Shown here piece by piece: positions 27,214 through 37,119 of a DNA stretch of 64,000 bases. Every line of letters begins with the position of its first letter. The first letter of the stretch is position 1. Source of the DNA: Candidatus Dormiibacterota bacterium (GTDB lineage: Bacteria; Chloroflexota; Dormibacteria; Dormibacterales; Dormibacteraceae); assembly GCA_003151935.1 (NCBI GenBank), contig PLYZ01000067.1, positions 33,784 to 97,783 on the forward strand, in the 5' to 3' direction. The position numbers and the translations under genes were made by a program. The notes beneath the pieces are model-generated. The model did not search any database. It was not told the DNA's origin and was given only the letters and a program-made list of their open reading frames with translations.

Positions 27214-28776
27214 TTGATCTTCAAAAGCCCGTATCCGGACGTCGTGATCCCCGATGTCCCTCTGACCCCGTTCGTGTTCGGCAAGGCGGACCGGCTCGGT
27301 GACAAGGTCGCCATCGTGGAAGCGGGAAGCGGCCGCTCGTACACCTATCGGCAGATCGTGGACGGCGTCCGCTCCCTGGCCGCCGGCCTTCACTCTCGCG
27401 GGTTTCGGAAGGGCGACGTGCTTGCGATCATGTCTCCCAACCTGCCCGAGTATCCGATCGCATTCCACGGTGTGGCGAGCGCGGGCGGTGTGAACACCAC
27501 TCTGAACCCGACCTACACGGCCGACGAGATCGCGTTCCAGCTGAACGATTCGCGAGCGCGATTGCTGATCACCATCCCGCCGCTGGTGGGCAAGGCTCAG
27601 GAGGCGGCGGCCAAATCGAAAGTCGAGGAGATCATCGTGTTCGGCGAGGCGGAGGGTGCGGTTCCGTTCGCATCCTTGCTCGTCGATGGCGACGCCCCTG
27701 ACGTGCGCATCGATCCGGCCGAGGACCTGGTCGCTCTCCCCTATTCGAGTGGAACGACCGGGTTCTCGAAAGGCGTCATGCTCACGCACCGGAACCTGGT
27801 CGCCAATCTCGTCCAGATCAGCGCCGGGCTTGAGGTCTCTGAAGACGAGGTGATCCTCGCGTTTCTGCCTTTCTTCCACATCTACGGGATGACGGTGATC
27901 ATGAACCTGGGCCTGTACAACGGCGCGACGCTGGTCAGCATGCAGCGATTCGAGCTCGAGCCTTGTCTCCAGGCGGTTCAGGAGCACCGCGTGACCCGTT
28001 TCTTTCTCGTCCCGCCGATCGTCGTCCTGCTGGCCAAGCACCCTGCGATCGACAAGTACGACCTCTCCTCCGTGAAGCGCGCCTTCTCGGGCGCCGCGCC
28101 GCTGGATGCCGACCTTGCAAGCGCGGCGAGCAAGCGCGTCGGCTTCCGGCTGAGCCAGGGCTACGGTCTCACCGAGACCAGTCCTGTGTCGCACATCGTT
28201 CCCGACAGCGTGGCCGAGGTCATACCCGGATCGGTCGGCTCGGCGGTGGCCAACACGGAGTGCAAGATCGTCGATGCAGCCACCGAGCAAGAGCTCGACC
28301 GCAACGAGGACGGCGAGATCTGGATCCGCGGCCCGCAGGTGATGAAGGGCTACCTGAACAACCCGGAAGCGACCAGGAACTCCGTCGATTCCGACGGCTT
28401 TTTCCACACCGGCGACATTGGGCACATCGACGACGACGACCAGTACTTCATCGTCGACCGCCTCAAGGAGCTCATCAAGTACAAGGGATTCCAGGTGGCG
28501 CCCGCCGAGCTCGAGGCGCTGTTGCTGTCCCATCCGAACATCGCCGATGCAGCGGTGATTGGAGTGCTCGATGAGGAAGGGGAGGAAGTTCCTAAAGCCT
28601 TCGTGGTGCTCAGGGAGCCACAGCCACCTGAAGAGATCATGGAATTCGTGGCGGCGCGGGTCGCGCCGCACAAGAAGATCCGTCGTGTCGAGGTGGTCGA
28701 GCAGATCCCCAAGTCAGCGACCGGCAAGATCTTGCGCCGCATCCTGAGAGACCGCGAGAAAGCCGCCACGCATTAG
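27214..28776 (+). CDS. AMP-dependent acyl-CoA/4-coumarate-CoA ligase family enzyme
   Basis: IFKSPYPDVVIPD N-terminus, LPYSSGTTGFSKGV AMP box, YGLTE, and GDIGHIDDDDQYFIVDRLKELIKYKG. TTG 27214 was chosen, just after the MFS stop. Confidence 0.85.
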   Translation: MIFKSPYPDVVIPDVPLTPFVFGKADRLGDKVAIVEAGSGRSYTYRQIVDGVRSLAAGLHSRGFRKGDVLAIMSPNLPEYPIAFHGVASAGGVNTTLNPTYTADEIAFQLNDSRARLLITIPPLVGKAQEAAAKSKVEEIIVFGEAEGAVPFASLLVDGDAPDVRIDPAEDLVALPYSSGTTGFSKGVMLTHRNLVANLVQISAGLEVSEDEVILAFLPFFHIYGMTVIMNLGLYNGATLVSMQRFELEPCLQAVQEHRVTRFFLVPPIVVLLAKHPAIDKYDLSSVKRAFSGAAPLDADLASAASKRVGFRLSQGYGLTETSPVSHIVPDSVAEVIPGSVGSAVANTECKIVDAATEQELDRNEDGEIWIRGPQVMKGYLNNPEATRNSVDSDGFFHTGDIGHIDDDDQYFIVDRLKELIKYKGFQVAPAELEALLLSHPNIADAAVIGVLDEEGEEVPKAFVVLREPQPPEEIMEFVAARVAPHKKIRRVEVVEQIPKSATGKILRRILRDREKAATH

Positions 28777-28785
28777 TTCTCACAG

Positions 28786-29820
28786 ATGAGTCGCTTTCGA
28801 GAAGAGATCGGTGAGCAACCGCTGCTTGCCTCGCGGATGCTGGCGGACAGCCGCGGAGCGGTCGCGTCGATCGCGGCGCGGGTCCGCGAGTCGAAGTCCC
28901 GCGGTCTCGTCCTCGCCGCACGCGGCAGCTCGGACCACGCCGCGCTGTACGCGAAATATCTCTTCGGAGCTCGCAACCACATGCTCGTGACGCTTGCCGC
29001 GCCCTCGCTGTTCACGAGCTACGGGAGTCCGCCCAACCTCGACGGTCAATGTGTGATCGGCATCTCGCAATCGGGCTCCTCGCCGGACGTCGTTGCCGTG
29101 ATCGAGCAGGCAGCGCGACAGGGCCGGTTGACGATCGCGCTGACTAACGACCCGGAGTCGCGCCTGGCTCATGCCGCCGAGCTGCACCTTCCGCTGGGGG
29201 CGGGACCCGAGCGCAGCGTGCCCGCCTCGAAGACCTACGTCGCGAGCCTTCTCGCGCTCGCGTTGGTGTCGCAGGCGCTTGACCCGGACCCGTCATTCGA
29301 GGCTGCCCTCGGCCAGGTGCCGCCTGCGCTGGCCGCTGCCCTGGAGCAGGACGAGGAGCTGGATCGTCTTGTCCCAGCGCTCCTCGGTCCGCGGGCGATC
29401 GTGCTCAGCCGTGGTTTCAACTTCTGCACGGCGGAGGAGATCGCGCTCAAGCTCACAGAAACCAGCTACGTGCTCGCTCGCGCTTGGTCGGTGGCGGATT
29501 TCGAGCATGGCCCCGTCGCGGTGGTCGAGCCTGGGTTCCCGATCGTGCTCGTGGACGGGCGCGGACAGGTGTCGGCCGGCATGGAATCGATCGGACAGCG
29601 TCTGGCCGGCCTCGGGTGCCGGGTGGTGCGCTTGCTGGATGGAGCCGGCGACCAGGTTGCAGGAGAGGCGACGGTCAGCCTCGACTCCGGGTTGCCCGAG
29701 GAGCTGACCCCGCTCACGCTTACTGTGCTCGGACAGCTGCTCGCCCACCGGGTGGCCCTCGCCCGCGGTATCGATGCCGACCGGCCGAGAGCCCTCAACA
29801 AGGTGCCGCACACCTGGTGA
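28786..29820 (+). CDS. SIS-domain sugar-phosphate isomerase/deglycase (GlmS-C/FrlB/AgaS-like)
   Basis: Two SIS-like halves (LAARGSSDHAALY..., GISQSGSSPDVV...). Confidence 0.75.
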   Translation: MSRFREEIGEQPLLASRMLADSRGAVASIAARVRESKSRGLVLAARGSSDHAALYAKYLFGARNHMLVTLAAPSLFTSYGSPPNLDGQCVIGISQSGSSPDVVAVIEQAARQGRLTIALTNDPESRLAHAAELHLPLGAGPERSVPASKTYVASLLALALVSQALDPDPSFEAALGQVPPALAAALEQDEELDRLVPALLGPRAIVLSRGFNFCTAEEIALKLTETSYVLARAWSVADFEHGPVAVVEPGFPIVLVDGRGQVSAGMESIGQRLAGLGCRVVRLLDGAGDQVAGEATVSLDSGLPEELTPLTLTVLGQLLAHRVALARGIDADRPRALNKVPHTW

Positions 29821-29851
29821 GGGGCCGAGGTTGGGCGTTACCCACTTGACG

Positions 29852-30388
29852 ATGACCACCGTCGAGCGGTATGGCCCGGGTGAAGAGGCACACGATTTCG
29901 TGCCCGGCGACTTCATCCTCGCCCACCGCAATCACTTCCTGGCCAGGCTCATCGGCCAGGCGCAGAAGCGTCGTTTCAAGGGCGCCGATTCCGTCTTCGC
30001 GCACTGGACTCACACCGCGGTGGTGGTCGAGACGGACGGGGCCCTGGTCGAAGCCGAGATCACGGGCGTGCGGCAGAACCCGATCTCCAGGTACCGCGCC
30101 GCCGAGTACCACCTGGTACGCCTGGGCTCGGAGTTTTCCTCCGACGGCAGGGCTCGGGCGGTCGGCTACGCCAAAGCACAGGTCGGCCAGGGGTTCGGCT
30201 TTCTCGACATGTTCGGGGCGAGCCTTTACCTGCTGTTCGGCTGGCCGGTGCGGCTCATCCGGCGTGGCCACGAGATCTGTTCGGGACTCGTGGTGCGAGC
30301 GCTGCAAGCAGGCGGCCTGGTGCCGCAGCTCGACGCACTGCTGACCCTTCCCGCGGACCTGGCAAAGCTCTATGACGTGCGTCCCTGA
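29852..30388 (+). CDS. Permuted papain-fold (YiiX/C92-like, NlpC/P60 superfamily) protein
   Basis: His-before-Cys order: ...FAHWTHTAVVV...VEAE... then ...GHEICSGLVVRAL. ATG 29852 was chosen. Confidence 0.45.
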   Translation: MTTVERYGPGEEAHDFVPGDFILAHRNHFLARLIGQAQKRRFKGADSVFAHWTHTAVVVETDGALVEAEITGVRQNPISRYRAAEYHLVRLGSEFSSDGRARAVGYAKAQVGQGFGFLDMFGASLYLLFGWPVRLIRRGHEICSGLVVRALQAGGLVPQLDALLTLPADLAKLYDVRP

Positions 30389-30410
30389 GGCCGCCTAGGA
30401 TGGAGCTGCA

Positions 30411-31145
30411 GTGGCGATTCTGATCGATCGCGAGGAAGTCCAGGCCCTGGTCAAGCAGGGCGCACAGCTGGTCGAGGTGCTTCCCGCGAAGGAATACGCC
30501 GAGGATCACCTTCCAGGAGCTGTGAGCCATCCGCTCCGGCAGCTGGACAAAGAGGCCAACCAGATCGATCGCAACCGGCCCGTGATCGTCTACTGCTGGG
30601 ATGCCGCTTGAGACATGGCGCCCAGGGCCGCGGCGCGGCTCGAGAGTCTCGGATTCGACAGAGTCCATGAGTACAGGGCGGGCAAGCTCGACTGGCTGGC
30701 CGCCGGGCTGCCGGCCGAGGGCGAAAACTCGAACTGCCCACGCGCGGGCGAAGCGTCCCGCAAAGACGTGGTCGTCTGCGGCTTGAAGGACCGCTTGGGC
30801 GACGTCCGCGAGCGCGCGAGACAGGCGGGCTGGGACGTCGCAGTGGTCGTCGACGAAGAGCACATCGTGCTCGGGCTGATGAGGTCGAAGCAGCTGGAGA
30901 TGGATCCCAACCTGGCGATCGAGCTGGCCATGCGCCCGGGTTCCAGCACGTTTCGTCCTTACGTGTCGACCAAAGAGATGGCCGACTTCATGGTTGAGCA
31001 CGACCTCGACAGTGCTCCGATCACGACCTCGGACGGAAAACTCGTCGGCGTGCTGCTGAAGTCGGACACCGTACGCCTGGCGGCGGACGCCACCGCCTGC
31101 ACCCGCAAGCTGATAATCACGGCCGACCCGGCAGCCGACGCTTAG
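30411..31145 (+). CDS. Rhodanese-CBS-pair fusion protein with in-frame TGA (30609-30611) in the active-site loop; candidate selenoprotein (C-W-D-A-A-U)
   Basis: Track ORFs 30411..30611 and 30615..31145 share a frame and are separated only by TGA-GAC. Joined, they read ...RPVIVYCWDAA-U-DMAPRAAARLESLGFDRVHEYRAGKLDW..., one uninterrupted rhodanese domain followed by two CBS motifs. Confidence 0.65.
30625..30641 (+). promoter_or_regulatory. Hairpin 13 nt downstream of the rhodanese UGA (possible SECIS)
   Basis: GGGCCGC-GGC-GCGGCUC forms a 7-bp stem including one G-U pair. The small G-rich loop has no U, so it is less canonical than the other two hairpins. Confidence 0.35.
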
Positions 31146-31149
31146 CGGC

Positions 31150-33309
31150 TCAACCCGCCAGCGCGAGCGGCACCTTGTCCGCCTGCATCTCGTGTGGTGC
31201 TGACCTTGTGAATTGCACAGGTACGGAGAAGTGGAACTCCGTACCCGCGCCGGGCTTACTGTCGAACCAGATTCGCCCGCCGTGCATCTCGACGATCTGC
31301 CTGGCCAGAGGAAGTCCGAGCCCGGTGCCCATTACCTTGGTCGTCGGGTTGTTCGCGCTCCACTGATAGCGGGCGAACAATTTCTCATCGAAGTCGGCCG
31401 GTACGCCGACGCCACGGTCCCTGACGCCGATGACAACTTGGCCGGGGAGCCGGTGTGCCGACACGGTGACCTCACTGCCGTCCGACGAGTATTTGAATGC
31501 ATTGCTGAAGAGGATCTCGATCACCTGAGTCAGCCGGGCCGCGTCGCCCGCGACCGCGGGAAGGTCCGCGTCGATGTCGGTCGTGATTGTGTGTTCAGCG
31601 CGTGATGCGTTCGCGCGGGCGACCGCCTCGTGGAGCGCCGCTGCCAGATCCACCGAAACCAGGTGAACCTCGACCTTGTTCGCCTCGATCCGATCCACGT
31701 CGAGCATCCGATCCAGCATCTCGTCAAGGTGGTGCGCGTCGTTGTAGATGTCGCCCGCGAAGCCCTTGACCATCGGCAGGTCCAGGTCTTCGGCGTCTCG
31801 GAGCAGCTCGCTGAAACCCTGGATTCCGACCAAGGCAGTCCGAATCTCGTGACTCACCATGGTCAGGAACTCGCTCTTCAAGCGGTTCAGCCGCTCGAGC
31901 ACGCTGATGTTCGCCACCGCGGAGACCTCGGCCTGGTGTCTGGCGGTCGTGTCGTCGAACATTGCAATGAAGTAATCGACTTTTCCATCGGGCCGATGGA
32001 CGGCGGTCGTGCTCCAGTGCAACCAGATGCTCGTGCCGTCGCCGCGCACCGCCTCGGTTTCGGACTCGGAGGCGGTGACCGAGCCATTCGACAGGGCGGC
32101 GAGCTGCTCAGCAGCCCGAACCGCCTCCTCGGGCGGAAGGTACGAGGCGAGCGTCGTGCCGACGATCTTTCCTTCCGGCCGGCGCAGCAGGTCGGCGAGT
32201 CGAGGGTTGGCCTGGATGATCGTCATGTCGAGACCGATCCGGACCACGCCGAGCGGGGCGTACAGGATGATCTCGTTGAGAGTCGCGGCGTACTGGCGGG
32301 TCTTGATGAGCAGCGACCTCGACTCGCTATGCGCGTAAACTTGGGTCACCATGACGAGTATCGCGATGGCCCCGAGCACGAAGGTCCGGACGGGCCCGAT
32401 GCTGTTGCCGGTGATCGCCATCCCGATGGCGGTCAGCCCGACTCCCGCGATCGCCACCCATGGCATCGCCAGCTGCCAGACGTCGATCGCCTCGTCCTCG
32501 ACCGCTGCACGTGTGGCTCCGGCCGGCCACAGTGCCGCCAGCCCGATCATCAGATAGCCGGCCACCCAGCCGACGTCCAGCACGTTGCCGATTGCTCGGT
32601 ACGTGCCGTTCGCGTTCAGTAGCGCGAAGGTGGTGTCAGCCAGTGAGATGGCGGCCAGTCCGCAGAGCAGCAGCAGCAGCCGGCCATGCGCCTCGTCCCG
32701 CGCGCGGCGAGTGGCCAGCACCAGGATGGTTCCGATGACGATGTCGCCGGCCGGGTACGCCAAGTTGACGACCTTTTCGAGCAGAGGAGTCGCGGTGTCA
32801 TCGAAAACGATCTTCAGCCCAAGCGTCCAACTGACGAAGAACAACCCGAGAAGGACAATCGCGCCGTCCAGCCACAGCCGGAGCCTGGTCGAGGTGCCCC
32901 GGGGAGGTGAGAAGAAGGCCAGGACGCCGGCCGCTGCCAGCGGGATCGCTAGCAGGAACCCCGCGTCGGCCGCGGACGGATACGGAACACTGACGCCCAG
33001 ACCGACTTCGTAGACCGACCAGACGATCTCGCCCGCGCACCACGTGGCTGCTGACGCCGACAGCAGAATCCAGCCCAGCCGAGGCCTGCCGCTGTTCCGC
33101 CTCGCGGCCAGCACGCACAGGATGGCTGCGACCAATGCCGCGACGCCCTCGCTGATGTCGTCGAAGGCGATGACTCCTCGGTCTCCGCCGATCTTCAGCT
33201 CCACCCACACGACAAAACCGACCACCACGAGGATGGTGGCCGTCGCCGCCCAGAAGAAGACCTTGTAATCCCCAGCTCCGCTCCACGGAGGGGGCCGTGC
33301 CAAGCTCAC
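31150..33309 (-). CDS. Sensor histidine kinase: multi-TM N-terminal domain, PAS, HisKA, HATPase_c (orphan; paralogue of 49077..51290)
   Basis: ...RLKSEFLTMVSHEIRTALVGIQGF... is the H-box; N, G1 and G2 boxes lie near the C-terminus. GTG 33309 was chosen (GGAG 7 nt upstream). The track start at 33513 overlaps gnd. Confidence 0.85.
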   Translation of the reverse strand: MSLARPPPWSGAGDYKVFFWAATATILVVVGFVVWVELKIGGDRGVIAFDDISEGVAALVAAILCVLAARRNSGRPRLGWILLSASAATWCAGEIVWSVYEVGLGVSVPYPSAADAGFLLAIPLAAAGVLAFFSPPRGTSTRLRLWLDGAIVLLGLFFVSWTLGLKIVFDDTATPLLEKVVNLAYPAGDIVIGTILVLATRRARDEAHGRLLLLLCGLAAISLADTTFALLNANGTYRAIGNVLDVGWVAGYLMIGLAALWPAGATRAAVEDEAIDVWQLAMPWVAIAGVGLTAIGMAITGNSIGPVRTFVLGAIAILVMVTQVYAHSESRSLLIKTRQYAATLNEIILYAPLGVVRIGLDMTIIQANPRLADLLRRPEGKIVGTTLASYLPPEEAVRAAEQLAALSNGSVTASESETEAVRGDGTSIWLHWSTTAVHRPDGKVDYFIAMFDDTTARHQAEVSAVANISVLERLNRLKSEFLTMVSHEIRTALVGIQGFSELLRDAEDLDLPMVKGFAGDIYNDAHHLDEMLDRMLDVDRIEANKVEVHLVSVDLAAALHEAVARANASRAEHTITTDIDADLPAVAGDAARLTQVIEILFSNAFKYSSDGSEVTVSAHRLPGQVVIGVRDRGVGVPADFDEKLFARYQWSANNPTTKVMGTGLGLPLARQIVEMHGGRIWFDSKPGAGTEFHFSVPVQFTRSAPHEMQADKVPLALAG

Positions 33310-33423
33310 ATTCGTACTCCAGTCCAGGGTGTCACGCTCCGCTGCGCCCGTCGCCGTGCCGTCGGCTGGGGACTCGCCCCTCCGTTCATATGGGCCCCAG
33401 GCGGCCGTGGCCTTGGTTAATGT

Positions 33424-34866
33424 GTGGTCATGGCTGAGCACGAGATCGGCGTAGTCGGCCTCGCCACGATGGGCGAGAACCTGGCGCGCAACCTCGCGTC
33501 GCACGGTGCGCACGTCGTTGTCTACAACCGGACTCGGAAGCGAACCGACGGTTTCATGGCTGCGTACTCGGCCGGCGGCGACTTCCGGGCGGCCGGCTCG
33601 TTGGAAGAGCTGGCGCGGATCCTCAAGCCGCCTCGCGCGATCCTCCTCATGGTGAAGGCCGGGTCCGCGGTCGACGAGGCGATCGACTCCCTGTCAAAGG
33701 TGCTCGAGCCTGGCGACACGATCATCGACGGCGGCAACTCGCTCTTTCACGACACCCGGCGCCGCGCCGAAGCCTCGGAGAAAGCGGGCCTGGGGTTCAT
33801 CGGCGCGGGCGTCTCAGGTGGGGAGGAGGGAGCCCTCCGTGGACCCAGCATCATGCCGGGCGGCTCGCGCGCGTCTTATGAGCGTGTTGCGGAGATGCTG
33901 ACGGGGATCTCGGCCAAGGTCGATGGAACGCCGTGCTGCGCGTACATCGGACCGGACGGGGCCGGCCACTTCGTGAAGATGGTGCACAACGGGATCGAGT
34001 ACGCCGATATCCAGCTGATCGCCGAGACGTACGACTTCCTACGCCAGGCCCTGGGCATGACGCCGGGGGAGCTGGCTGCTGTCTTTCGCGAGTGGAACGA
34101 GGGCGAGCTGCAGTCCTACCTGATCGAGATCACGGCCAACGTGCTGGCCAAGGACGACGGCGCGAGTGGATCGGCGCTCGTCGACGCGATAGTCGATCAG
34201 GCCGAGCAAAAAGGCACAGGGCGATGGACGAGCGAATCGGCGCTGGAGCTCGGCGTGCCGCTGACGGGCATCACCGAGGCGGTGTTCGCGCGCATCGTCT
34301 CGAGCCAGAAGGCGCAGCGGGTCAAGGCTGCAGACATCCTCGCGGGACCGACGGGACGCGGATCCGCCGGACCCAACCCCGGCCTGGTCGATGATGTGCG
34401 CGAGGCGCTCTACGCGTCGAAGATCGTCGCTTACGCGCAGGGCTTCGAGCACCTGCGCGCCGGATCAAAGGAGTTCGGATGGGACCTCGATCTAGGCGCG
34501 CTCGCCACGATCTGGAGAGGTGGCTGCATCATCCGGGCGCGCTTTCTCGACCGGATCAAGGATGTGTATGCCGAGTCCCCGGACCTACCGAATCTCATGC
34601 TGGCCCCGTTTTTCCAGCAGGCGCTTGCGACAGCGCAAAAGCCATGGCGCTCCGTCGTCAAACAGGCGGTGGACCACGGCGTGCCCATCCCTGCCTTCGC
34701 CTCATCGCTGGCGTATTACGACGGCTACAGGCGGGCGCGCGGCCCCGCCAACCTCATCCAGGGCCTGCGCGACTACTTCGGATCGCACACCTACCATCGA
34801 AGCGATCGCGAGGGCTCCTTCCACACGCGCTGGGCGCAGGATGGAGCCGAGGTCCGGACCGACTAG
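33424..34866 (+). CDS. gnd: 6-phosphogluconate dehydrogenase (decarboxylating)
   Basis: IGVVGLATMGENLARNL...GAGHFVKMVHNGIEYADIQLI... is the canonical Gnd pattern. Start GTG 33424 or ATG 33430. Confidence 0.95.
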   Translation: MVMAEHEIGVVGLATMGENLARNLASHGAHVVVYNRTRKRTDGFMAAYSAGGDFRAAGSLEELARILKPPRAILLMVKAGSAVDEAIDSLSKVLEPGDTIIDGGNSLFHDTRRRAEASEKAGLGFIGAGVSGGEEGALRGPSIMPGGSRASYERVAEMLTGISAKVDGTPCCAYIGPDGAGHFVKMVHNGIEYADIQLIAETYDFLRQALGMTPGELAAVFREWNEGELQSYLIEITANVLAKDDGASGSALVDAIVDQAEQKGTGRWTSESALELGVPLTGITEAVFARIVSSQKAQRVKAADILAGPTGRGSAGPNPGLVDDVREALYASKIVAYAQGFEHLRAGSKEFGWDLDLGALATIWRGGCIIRARFLDRIKDVYAESPDLPNLMLAPFFQQALATAQKPWRSVVKQAVDHGVPIPAFASSLAYYDGYRRARGPANLIQGLRDYFGSHTYHRSDREGSFHTRWAQDGAEVRTD

Positions 34867-35921
34867 GCGGCTTTCGCCACCTTCGAGCGCAGCTTCCGCT
34901 TGAGCAAGGCGACGACCGCCGCTTCGTCAGCCCTGAGCTGGCGGTGGGCCTTGCCTGCCCCCAGGCTGCACGCGCTCTCGAGCGATCCGTCCATGTACGA
35001 ATCGATCACCGCCGGATATACATAGGCGCGGCGGCAGACGGCTCGTGAGTGTCCCAGTCTGCGTGCGACGCTGTCGATCGCGCTGACCACGTTGCGATTG
35101 GCCTCAGGTTCCGATTCGAAGCCGCCTGCTTCGCGCAGTGCGGATGTGGCCAGGACGGTGGCGGCCCAGGTGCGGAAATCCTTGGCCGTGTAATGCTCGC
35201 CGCTCACCGCGTGCAAATACTGGTTGACGTCGTCGGACGTCACCGTTCTCCGATTTCCATCGGTGTCGATGTACTGGAACAGCATCTGGCCGGGCAGCTC
35301 TTCGCATCGCTTGACCACTCCCGCGACCCTCCGATTGGTGATGCCGACCGCGACATCCCGGCCGCTCTTCCCTCTGAAGAGGAATCGCACCGTCGACCCT
35401 GTGACCTTCACATGCCGGCTGCGCAGCGTCGTGAGGCCGAACGACCCGTTGTCTCGCGCGTACTCCTCGTTGCCGATGCGCATGAATGTGAGCTCGAGCA
35501 GCCTGACGATGGTCGCGATGACTTTCTCGAGCGGCAGTCCGGGTTGCCCCAGGTCGCGCGTTACGCGGCGCCGGATTCGTGGCAGCGCGCGGGCGAATCC
35601 GGCGAGACGCTCGAACTTGTCGGCGTCGCGAACCTCTCTCCACTTTGCGTGGTAGATGTGCTGCTTGCGCCCTCGCGCGTCACGTCCGGTGGCCTGCAGG
35701 TGACCACGCGGCCGGGTGGAGATCCACACGTCTTTCCAGGCGGGCGGAATGACGAGGTCTCGGATCCGACCCAGCGTGGCCACGTCGGCCACCGGCTTGC
35801 CATCAGGGTTCCAGTAGGCGAAGCCCTTTCCCTTACGCACCCGCCGGATGCCAGGTTCGGCGTCCGAGGTGTAGACGAGCCCTGCCTCCTCGCGCGCTTC
35901 GGCAGCCGGGTCGAGGTTCAC
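34863..35921 (-). CDS. DNA topoisomerase IB (poxvirus-like bacterial TopIB)
   Basis: ...[11 protein letters not shown]...[19 protein letters not shown]...TAKDFRTW... and a C-terminal CRRAYVYP region with the catalytic Tyr. The start overlaps the kbl stop by 4 nt. Confidence 0.85.
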   Translation of the reverse strand: MNLDPAAEAREEAGLVYTSDAEPGIRRVRKGKGFAYWNPDGKPVADVATLGRIRDLVIPPAWKDVWISTRPRGHLQATGRDARGRKQHIYHAKWREVRDADKFERLAGFARALPRIRRRVTRDLGQPGLPLEKVIATIVRLLELTFMRIGNEEYARDNGSFGLTTLRSRHVKVTGSTVRFLFRGKSGRDVAVGITNRRVAGVVKRCEELPGQMLFQYIDTDGNRRTVTSDDVNQYLHAVSGEHYTAKDFRTWAATVLATSALREAGGFESEPEANRNVVSAIDSVARRLGHSRAVCRRAYVYPAVIDSYMDGSLESACSLGAGKAHRQLRADEAAVVALLKRKLRSKVAKAA

Positions 35922-37105
35922 GCTGACTGCGCAACCTCCTGCCGCGTCTCGACGAATGCGGTGACCGCGCGTTCGAGATCGGCTTTCGAGTGCGCGGCCG
36001 AGACCTGCGTCCTGATCCGGGCCTTGCCTTGCGGCACCACCGGATACGAGAAGCTGACCACGTACACGCCTTTTTCGAGCATGACCTGGGCTATGCGGGC
36101 GGCCAGTGTCGCGTCGCCGACCATGACGGGCACGATCGGGTGGTCGCCGGGCAGGATGTCAAAGCCGGCAGCAGTCATCTGCCGGCGGAAATAGACCGTG
36201 TTGTCGCGCAATCGCTGACGGAGCTCGCCGGCCGTCCGGATCAGCTCCAGCACCTTCAGGCTCCCGGCGACGATCGCAGGCGCCACCGAGTTGGAGAAGA
36301 GGTAAGGACGCGAGCGCTGCCGGAGCATGGCAACCAGCTCCTTGCGTCCGGAGATGTAGCCGCCGCTCGCGCCGCCAAGCGCCTTGCCGAGCGTCCCGCT
36401 GATCGCATCGATCCTGCCCATGACGCCGTGGTGCTCGTGGGTGCCGCGCCCACCCGCACCCATGAATCCGACGGCATGCGAGTCGTCGATCATGACGAGC
36501 GCGTCATGGCGCTCGGCGAGCTCGCAGATCTCGGGTAGGGGCGCCAGGTACCCGTCCATCGAGAAAACCCCGTCCGTGACCACCATCCGGAAACGCGCTC
36601 CCGCGCTGTCCACGAGCTGGCGTTCGAGGTTGTTCATGTCGCGGTTTGCATAGCGCAGGCGCTTGGCCTTGCACAGCCGGATCCCGTCGATGATGCTCGC
36701 GTGATTGAGCGTGTCCGAGATCACCGCGTCGCGTTCGTCGAGGAGAGCCTCGAAGATCCCTCCGTTGGCGTCGAAGCAGGATGAATAGAGGATGGTGTCC
36801 TCGGTGCCCAGGAAATCCGTGAGCGCGGCCTCGAGCTTCTTGTGGATCTCCTGCGTGCCGCAGATGAACCGAACCGAGGCCATGCCGTAGCCCCAGCGAT
36901 CCAGGGCCTCTTTTGCCGCCGCGACGATGTCCGGGTGGTCGGCCAGCCCAAGGTAGTTGTTGGCGCAGAGGTTGAGGACGTCGTGGTCGAGCACGCTGAC
37001 GACCGAGCCCTGCGGTCCCATCAGCACGCGCTCCTGTTTCTCCAACCCCGCGCTGCGGATCTCATCGAGCTGGCTCACCAAGTGCGCTTGCATTTTTTTG
37101 AACAT
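35918..37105 (-). CDS. kbl: Glycine C-acetyltransferase (2-amino-3-ketobutyrate CoA ligase)
   Basis: 395-aa alpha-oxoamine synthase pattern (NNYLGL..., [17 protein letters not shown]). Directly downstream of tdh. Confidence 0.9.
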   Translation of the reverse strand: MFKKMQAHLVSQLDEIRSAGLEKQERVLMGPQGSVVSVLDHDVLNLCANNYLGLADHPDIVAAAKEALDRWGYGMASVRFICGTQEIHKKLEAALTDFLGTEDTILYSSCFDANGGIFEALLDERDAVISDTLNHASIIDGIRLCKAKRLRYANRDMNNLERQLVDSAGARFRMVVTDGVFSMDGYLAPLPEICELAERHDALVMIDDSHAVGFMGAGGRGTHEHHGVMGRIDAISGTLGKALGGASGGYISGRKELVAMLRQRSRPYLFSNSVAPAIVAGSLKVLELIRTAGELRQRLRDNTVYFRRQMTAAGFDILPGDHPIVPVMVGDATLAARIAQVMLEKGVYVVSFSYPVVPQGKARIRTQVSAAHSKADLERAVTAFVETRQEVAQSA

Positions 37106-37119
37106 TCAGGTTTCCTCTG

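Noticed and set aside
27004-28671. 555-aa ORF antisense to the acyl-CoA ligase gene. Similar cases: 24395..25696, 5077..6294, 15973..17070, 18089..19108 and 20959..22056.
   Set aside because: All are antisense to genes with strong motif evidence. Their translations are dominated by R/G/P/D/H runs with no recognisable domains.
30615-31145. Independent 176-aa ORF starting at ATG 30615, as listed in the track
   Set aside because: It would begin in the middle of the rhodanese active-site loop, and the 66-aa upstream ORF would end there. Neither fragment is a complete domain. The single-gene UGA-recoded model explains both.
33310-33513. Upstream extension of histidine kinase 1 to GTG 33513, overlapping gnd by 90 nt
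   Set aside because: There is no similarity to the paralogous kinase in this segment. A GTG with a well-spaced GGAG lies at 33309, just before the first TM segment.
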